A DNA stretch of 64,000 bases. It comes from a virus. The notes beneath the pieces are model-generated. The model ran no database searches. It saw nothing but the letters and a program-made list of their open reading frames with translations, and was not told the origin of the DNA. How positions within the stretch are numbered: position 1 is the first letter of the stretch; every line of letters begins with the position of its first letter. Shown here one piece after another: positions 59,178 through 64,000 of this stretch. The DNA is taken from IMG/VR virus record IMGVR_UViG_3300024503_000332. One strand, 5' to 3'. The position numbers were made by a program, and so were the translations under genes.

Positions 59178-59294
59178 CTTATATGAGGATCATGAGCCCC
59201 GCCACGCCTGCTCACAACCGATGACCTGCGGACTTGCTCGACGCTGGTCCCCGCACTTCTTTTACATGGAGGTGCCTTCCATGTTCTATTTATT

Positions 59295-59377
59295 TGGTGC
59301 GAGTGGTGGGACTCGAACCCACAAGCCGAAGCGGGAGATTTTAAGTCTCCTGAGTTTACCAATTTCTCCACACTCGC
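59295..59377 (-). tRNA. tRNA-Leu(TAA)
   Basis: GGAGA-CTTAAAA-TCTCC; variable arm; CCA end. Confidence 0.92.
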
Positions 59378-59382
59378 ATGTA

Positions 59383-59460
59383 TGGCCTGCCCGGAGGGAT
59401 TCGAACCCCCGACCCACAGCTTAGAAGGCTGTTGCTCTAATCCGGCTGAGCTACGGGCAG
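59383..59460 (-). tRNA. tRNA-Arg(TCT)
   Basis: ACAGC-CTTCTAA-GCTGT; CCA end. Confidence 0.92.
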
Positions 59461-59467
59461 AAAAAGT

Positions 59468-59543
59468 TGGAGCGGGCGACGAGGTTCGAACTCGCGACAT
59501 TTAGCTTGGAAGGCTAATGCTCTACCAACTGAGCTACACCCGC
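59468..59543 (-). tRNA. tRNA-Gly(TCC)
   Basis: TTAGC-CTTCCAA-GCTAA; U73-CCA. Confidence 0.92.
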
Positions 59544-59544
59544 A

Positions 59545-60249
59545 TTATAACCATTTACGATTCGATAACATCCTTTTTGCCATTTCATACCTGTAACGCA
59601 AACTCTTACGCGGTACGAATGTCTTAGAAGCTAGACAAGCTTCAGCGACGTGTTGTAGTTCCTTACTGTAGTCTATGTGTTTAAGCACAGCCTTTTTATC
59701 AGTTTTAAAACGAACAGCGAACATGGGTTCACCTCTTTTAAGTTCGATAGGCTTAGACAGGTCTTGGATTTCAAAAGTAAAATCCACCGGTCTAATCCAA
59801 CGATGTATATTCATCGTTCCTGGAATCATTTTTATATTCCTTGTCAAACTATTAGAGATCAACGGTACATCAAAACTCTCTATCTCCACATCTTGATCTG
59901 CTACAAACAGATAGTTGATGCGTAGTGTGATACAGGCACTAACTAACTTGCCATCTTTAAGAATAGGAAATCTTGGATAAAATGTTTCATCATACCAATC
60001 TTGTCCTAGCCTGTCAGTGACATATCTGTCATTGTCTGCATCATAGTTTATTATAACATCATAAGGGCAGCGGACAACAAAAATATTGGAAAAATAGTCC
60101 GAAACAGCCGGACATTTGGTATAATCCGCAGTGCCTCTTTCTTTTAATATCAGTGGCCAAATAGGTTCGGGTTCGTAGAAAACGATATCCTTCCATTGGC
60201 TGGATTGTTGATATTTTGGATCGTTGTAGATAGTCCAACCGATATTCAT
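59545..60249 (-). CDS. hypothetical protein (possible dUTPase-like beta fold)
   Basis: KCPAV..F.VRCPYD, IPG...I..W.RP, LKRGEPM. Confidence 0.7.
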   Translation of the reverse strand: MNIGWTIYNDPKYQQSSQWKDIVFYEPEPIWPLILKERGTADYTKCPAVSDYFSNIFVVRCPYDVIINYDADNDRYVTDRLGQDWYDETFYPRFPILKDGKLVSACITLRINYLFVADQDVEIESFDVPLISNSLTRNIKMIPGTMNIHRWIRPVDFTFEIQDLSKPIELKRGEPMFAVRFKTDKKAVLKHIDYSKELQHVAEACLASKTFVPRKSLRYRYEMAKRMLSNRKWL

Positions 60250-60815
60250 ACTTGTATGCCAATATCAGCAGCTAATATAAATCTGTACTTGTTGCTTTGT
60301 ACGATCCCGGGGCGGTGCCAAGTACGACTAGGATATATTAGCCAGTTAAAATCAGTGGGTCTCACAAAAAACTTTGGATCATTTTGAGGGCCATTTGGAG
60401 CCATTTCTGTTCCGCAGTAATCTCTATCTTTAACATCATCAGGGATGCGTAGATAGAATATTCCACTGAGCATTTCTATGTCATCTCGTTTCTGATGATG
60501 ATGCCAAAGATTTTCACGATCTTCTGCACCATCGAGATTTGTCATAAAACTCCAAGCCATCATGTCTGATACTTTAACTTCTCGTCCAACATACATAAAG
60601 ACGCTAAACAAAAAACTCATACGGTATTTTAACCATATAGGCTCAGGTCTAGCAAAAATATTTTCTTTAGTTTGAAACTTTGGACTATTGGTAAAATAGT
60701 TTCCAGATGCGATAATGCCTTCTATGACCTTGCAGGCTTCGTCATTATCTTCTTGTGTGATAATGCTACTAAAATCAAACTTCCTACACATTGGGTCTTG
60801 ATCTATAACCTGCAT
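60246..60815 (-). CDS. putative 2OG-Fe(II) oxygenase
   Basis: WHHH..SGIFYL..IYPS..H..RFILA; start MQVIDQ at 60815 (the ORF-track extension lies inside a tRNA). Confidence 0.7.
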   Translation of the reverse strand: MQVIDQDPMCRKFDFSSIITQEDNDEACKVIEGIIASGNYFTNSPKFQTKENIFARPEPIWLKYRMSFLFSVFMYVGREVKVSDMMAWSFMTNLDGAEDRENLWHHHQKRDDIEMLSGIFYLRIPDDVKDRDYCGTEMAPNGPQNDPKFFVRPTDFNWLIYPSRTWHRPGIVQSNKYRFILAADIGIQV

Positions 60816-60827
60816 AACGTCCTCTAT

Positions 60828-60903
<76 letters not shown>

Positions 60904-60921
60904 ATATTTCTACTTATCTTA

Positions 60922-60997
60922 TGGCCTCTCTACCATGACTCGAACATGGATCTTGACCTTAGGAGTGTCGTGTTCTATCCAGTTGAACTATAGAGAG
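60922..60997 (-). tRNA. tRNA-Arg(CCT), weak anticodon stem
   Basis: Loop CTCCTAA, A20, G73-CCA; two anticodon-stem mismatches. Confidence 0.8.
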
Positions 60998-61001
60998 AAG
61001 T

Positions 61002-61079
61002 TGGTCGGAGTAGTAGGATTCGAACCTACGACCCTCTGCTCCCAAAGCAGATGCGCTAGCCAGACTGCGCTATACTCCG
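61002..61079 (-). tRNA. tRNA-Pro(TGG)
   Basis: TCTGC-TTTGGGA-GCAGA; C1-G72; CCA end. Confidence 0.92.
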
Positions 61080-61083
61080 ATAA

Positions 61084-61157
61084 TGGTTGCGGGTGACAGA
61101 GTCGAACTGCCAACTAGAGCTTATGAGACTCTCGAGATACCGTTTCTCTAACCCGCT
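61084..61157 (-). tRNA. tRNA-Met(CAT), initiator-like 1-72 mismatch
   Basis: AGAGT-CTCATAA-GCTCT; A1xA72; CCA end. Confidence 0.8.
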
Positions 61158-61162
61158 ATAAT

Positions 61163-61368
61163 AAGTGTCTAGCTACTTCCACCACAGAAGCCCTAGACTG
61201 AGTTGTTCCCCTGTCCACACGTTTTATTGTTCTGGAAGGACTGTAGTTGTCCACCTACGGTTGTTTTCGTTTCCCCAAAACGAGGGCGTAAGGTCAAGTC
61301 CGTATGTACCTAGCCGTTTCTTTGGTGATGGCCCCACCCACTTTATCACGGAAAAGTGTAACCGGGTT
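61163..61368 (-). ncRNA. putative structured non-coding RNA
   Basis: About 200 nt with no credible ORF; several hairpins (CACTTT/AAAGTG, TCGTTT/AAACGA, GTCTAG/CTAGAC). Confidence 0.5.
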
Positions 61369-61369
61369 G

Positions 61370-61942
61370 TTAGATCAATCCTTCTGCTTGTAGCGTTGCC
61401 ACTACTTCATCGCTGAGAGGAATCTCAGTCTTGATGTTGAGCTCAAGGATCTCATCATTGATCTTTTGCTTCTGCTTCTTGAGATTTAAGATCTCAGCCT
61501 TAGCTTGATCAATCTGCTCCTGTGTTACCACAGAAGTATTGACGGTGTCACTGTAGCCGTAGAGTCGGCTGCGTGTTTCGCCTTTGTCGTTCTTGATCTT
61601 TTCTAGCTTGCCCTTAATCACATCGATCTCTACCATCTTGGTCAGGCCAGCGATTTCCTCCAACTGACCAATGCGCTTGTCTAGGAAAGCCGCAGTGGCC
61701 AACTTAAGATCAACACCAGAGTTGTTGTTGGCAGCGCCAACAAGTCCGCGAATGTTGTAGAGAGCCAGTGTCAACTTTTGACGACGAGCATCATTGGCAA
61801 ACAGCTTGTCGTTATGTGCCTTGAGCTCTGCTTCCACATTCTGGAACTCGTTGAGTTCGATGCTGGTCTCCATTCTAATGCTCTTGACAGCATCATTGAT
61901 TGCGTTTTGTACAGCGTTTGCCTTACGAAGTGTGATGTTCAT
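61370..61942 (-). CDS. coiled-coil protein, DIP1984-like
   Basis: MNITLRKA...LKKQKQKINDEILELNIKTEI; family resemblance judged by eye. Confidence 0.7.
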   Translation of the reverse strand: MNITLRKANAVQNAINDAVKSIRMETSIELNEFQNVEAELKAHNDKLFANDARRQKLTLALYNIRGLVGAANNNSGVDLKLATAAFLDKRIGQLEEIAGLTKMVEIDVIKGKLEKIKNDKGETRSRLYGYSDTVNTSVVTQEQIDQAKAEILNLKKQKQKINDEILELNIKTEIPLSDEVVATLQAEGLI

Positions 61943-61964
61943 TTCTATGTCTCTCTTTTAAAAT

Positions 61965-62207
61965 AACGGGTTGGTAAAAGGTCAAGTAATAGACCGGACA
62001 ACTTGCAAATAGCAACTTTCAACATGCAGGCTACAGAGGCCTGAATATTTCCGATCAGCAACAAACAGGTATAAGTGGATACCGGATCACTCAAGCACGG
62101 ACAGTTTTCAAGACTGTTTGCCAGTATTGGAGCTTCGGCATGAGGCCGAAACAGTGTCTATCCTCGTCTACCCTTTACCTCGCCGGTCACGTAGTTTCCT
62201 ACGCAAC
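61965..62207 (-). ncRNA. large structured 5' leader/ncRNA
   Basis: Long-range helices GGTAAAGGGT/ACCTTTTACC and ATAGAC/GTCTAT enclose several hairpins; 5' hairpin capped by GAAA. Confidence 0.6.
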
Positions 62208-62213
62208 AAACTT

Positions 62214-62242
62214 ATTATTGCATTATTGTTTCGTTGTGTCAA
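62214..62242 (-). promoter_or_regulatory. sigma70-type promoter
   Basis: TTGACA-17nt-AATAAT; predicted start near 62207. Confidence 0.55.
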
Positions 62243-62855
62243 CCTTACGATCAACCAATCTGCAGTCCCAAGCTAAACTTACTCGATGTCCAGTGCCATT
62301 CCACGGATATACACAATGCGGAATGTTACTAGGGAATACCAGCATCTTAGCCTTCTCGGGCATAAATCTCCACGAGTCTGTAAAGATAAGATGTGCGATA
62401 TTCTTTGACACAGGCAGTTTAAACTCGATGTTTGCATCTGATACTTTGCTAGCCTCATCTAACTTAGGAACATCGATATAGATGTTTCCGCTGATGTTAG
62501 CTTCATGACTATGAAGTACCTGATAGTCTCCAGGACCTTGTTTGATGGTCCAAGCACTGATTAGTTCTGGTGCCACTTGACTAAGGTCAACCATAGGGTT
62601 TTGCTGTTGTATAGCTTTAAGATATTCTTCTACGGATTTCTCTACGAAATCTTTAAGAACGTTGTAGTCTAGTCCAAAATCATTAGGAGCGATTTGGATT
62701 TGCTGTCCTCCCCTAATACTGATAGCCGGATTTCCTTCATCATTTAGCTCATTGTGTGTATGTGCTAGTTTAACGATTTTTTCCAACTCATCGAAGACGT
62801 CCGCTGGGACATCATCTAGTGCTATCACTGTAGGGTTCAAGAACGCAAACTTCAT
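62223..62855 (-). CDS. putative 2OG-Fe(II) oxygenase (TIGR02466-like)
   Basis: SAW..Q.PGDYQ.LHSH..ISGNIY..VFPS..PHCVYP..RVSLAW. Confidence 0.8.
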   Translation of the reverse strand: MKFAFLNPTVIALDDVPADVFDELEKIVKLAHTHNELNDEGNPAISIRGGQQIQIAPNDFGLDYNVLKDFVEKSVEEYLKAIQQQNPMVDLSQVAPELISAWTIKQGPGDYQVLHSHEANISGNIYIDVPKLDEASKVSDANIEFKLPVSKNIAHLIFTDSWRFMPEKAKMLVFPSNIPHCVYPWNGTGHRVSLAWDCRLVDRKVDTTKQ

Positions 62856-62872
62856 ATCTATCCTCAATAAAA

Positions 62873-62948
62873 TGGTGCTGCTTGTCGGATTCGAACTGAC
62901 GACCTACTGCTTACAAGGCAGTTGCTCTACCGGCTGAGCTAAAGCAGC
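62873..62948 (-). tRNA. tRNA-Thr(TGT)
   Basis: ACTGC-CTTGTAA-GCAGT; CCA end. Confidence 0.92.
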
Positions 62949-62990
62949 GTATTTTTACTTAGTAAGAAAATAAAATTTCTTATACAAAGT

Positions 62991-63067
62991 TGGCTCCCCG
63001 AGCTGGGCTCGAACCAGCGACACCTTGATTAACAGTCAAGTGCTTCTACCAACTGAGCTATCGGGGA
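62991..63067 (-). tRNA. tRNA-Asn(GTT)
   Basis: CTTGA-CTGTTAA-TCAAG; G73-CCA. Confidence 0.92.
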
Positions 63068-63072
63068 ATAAA

Positions 63073-63249
63073 TCAATCTTCTTTTTTACTGCGATCTTTT
63101 TTAGACGAGTGTTTAACAGCAATCGAAGCAGTCCACTCTGCATCAATCATAGCACGTTTCCATGCATTACGTTGTTCTTTAGTTTTAAAGTGTCCTAGAC
63201 CTAACATACGTTTAGTGGTCTTAGATAGTCTGAATGCTGATGTTGTCAT
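63073..63249 (-). CDS. 58-aa basic hypothetical protein (not in ORF track)
   Basis: MTTSAFRLSKTTKRMLGLGHFKTKEQRNAWKRAMIDAE...; AGGA SD. Confidence 0.65.
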   Translation of the reverse strand: MTTSAFRLSKTTKRMLGLGHFKTKEQRNAWKRAMIDAEWTASIAVKHSSKKDRSKKED

Positions 63250-63264
63250 AATGATCCTAGTAAA

Positions 63265-63340
63265 TGGTGGAGGATATCGGACTCGAACCGATCACCCCTA
63301 GCTTGCAAAGCTAGTGCTCTCCCAGATGAGCTAATCCCCC
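63265..63340 (-). tRNA. tRNA-Ala(TGC)
   Basis: CTAGC-TTTGCAA-GCTAG; G3-U70; CCA end. Confidence 0.92.
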
Positions 63341-63344
63341 AATA

Positions 63345-63439
63345 TGGCGGAGCGTATTAGATTCGAACTAATGATACAGGTTTTTGCCCGTATGCCTTCT
63401 TAGCAGGAAGGTGCCTTCGACCAACTCGGCCAACGCTCC
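63345..63439 (-). tRNA. tRNA-Ser(GCT)
   Basis: CCTTC-CTGCTAA-GAAGG; long variable arm; G73-CCA. Confidence 0.92.
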
Positions 63440-63447
63440 GTAAAACT

Positions 63448-63523
63448 TGGTGGGTCCTGACAGTCTCGAACTGCCGACCTACACGGTGTAAACGTGCCGC
63501 TCTACCAACTGAGCTAAGGACCC
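63448..63523 (-). tRNA. tRNA-Val(TAC)
   Basis: GCACG-TTTACAC-CGTGT; CCA end. Confidence 0.92.
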
Positions 63524-63589
63524 AAATGTCTTTTCTGAAACACACTATGCCACGCTCTGAACCTGGACTCTTAGTAATGTGTTTTAGAA

Positions 63590-64000
63590 AAGTGCTAACG
63601 CTGAGATTACACGTTAGCCATAAGCACCTCTAGCATTATAGTCCGCCTTGCGAGCAAACCTTCTCTAGACATCCACATAAGCCCTTGCGGTACCTATGTC
63701 TGCTTACAGCATCGCCGTTTTTAAAGCCAGGCAGTAGGCTTGTCGTCACCAGCTATTCTGCGCCTTCTTTTCCGTTGATCTTGCGAACCATTAAGCCTTG
63801 CGAGCTACGAAACTTCTAGCACAAACAGATTTCACCTTGCGAGTTACGTCTGACTTGATTCACTTGCGTGTCAAGCATTAGATGCTTTTCACTGATGACC
63901 GAGGCAGTCTTTGCGTTTTTGTTTACATAGAAGGAGTTGAACCTTCAGCAGTTTCTTTAACAGAGAAATACTCTACCATTGAGTTATATGCAACCTACAA
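63590..64000 (-). ncRNA. GOLLD-like large ncRNA, 3' portion (5' end probably outside window)
   Basis: No credible ORF; six CGCAAG (GCAA tetraloop) hairpin caps; terminal GCTAACG-TGTAATCTCAG-CGTTAGC hairpin; within a tRNA array. Confidence 0.6.
63922..63993 (-). tRNA. tRNA-Asn(GTT)-like cloverleaf without CCA, within or next to the large ncRNA
   Basis: TTGCATA/TATGTAA acceptor; TTTCT-CTGTTAA-AGAAA; GAAGG-TTCAACT-CCTTC; A73 and no CCA. Confidence 0.7.

Noticed and set aside
60922-60997. Amber suppressor reading of the loop (CUA)
   Set aside because: Standard numbering gives U33 followed by CCU, and A20/G73 are Arg identity elements.
63526-63592. Long AT-rich hairpin between the GOLLD-like RNA and tRNA-Val
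   Set aside because: It is a real inverted repeat but has no diagnostic motif. It may be only a processing spacer, so it is not called separately.

Overview
This 64-kb window comes from a large, AT-rich tailed phage (T4-like or jumbo myovirus type). It uses the standard genetic code, and most genes are on the minus strand. In order it contains: (1) MazG-like, UDP-glucose dehydrogenase, GroES and a stand-alone DnaE fragment; (2) an ~18-kb baseplate/tail-fibre block with a 2856-aa protein; (3) UvsE, glycosyltransferases, QueD, ThyX, YccA and an Hc1-like protein; (4) a ~20-kb island of radical-SAM, 2OG-Fe(II) oxygenase, halogenase and adenylation-enzyme genes beside another tail fibre; (5) small early genes behind consensus sigma70 promoters; (6) an array of 14 CCA-ending tRNAs mixed with structured non-coding RNAs. 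The top finding is a class-I peptide release factor (PxT and GGQ motifs, 56458-57135) broken by one in-frame UGA. The UGA sits at the usual Trp position and is followed directly by a stem-loop, suggesting a termination factor whose synthesis is gated by stop-codon readthrough. Other notable RNAs: a 114-nt tRNA-like RNA with no normal anticodon loop and its own promoter; a preQ1-I-like pseudoknot in the queD leader; a large structured leader holding a tRNA-Ser(UGA) anticodon-arm mimic; and a GOLLD-like RNA containing a tRNA-Asn-like fold. All calls come from reading motifs by eye; no database searches were run.
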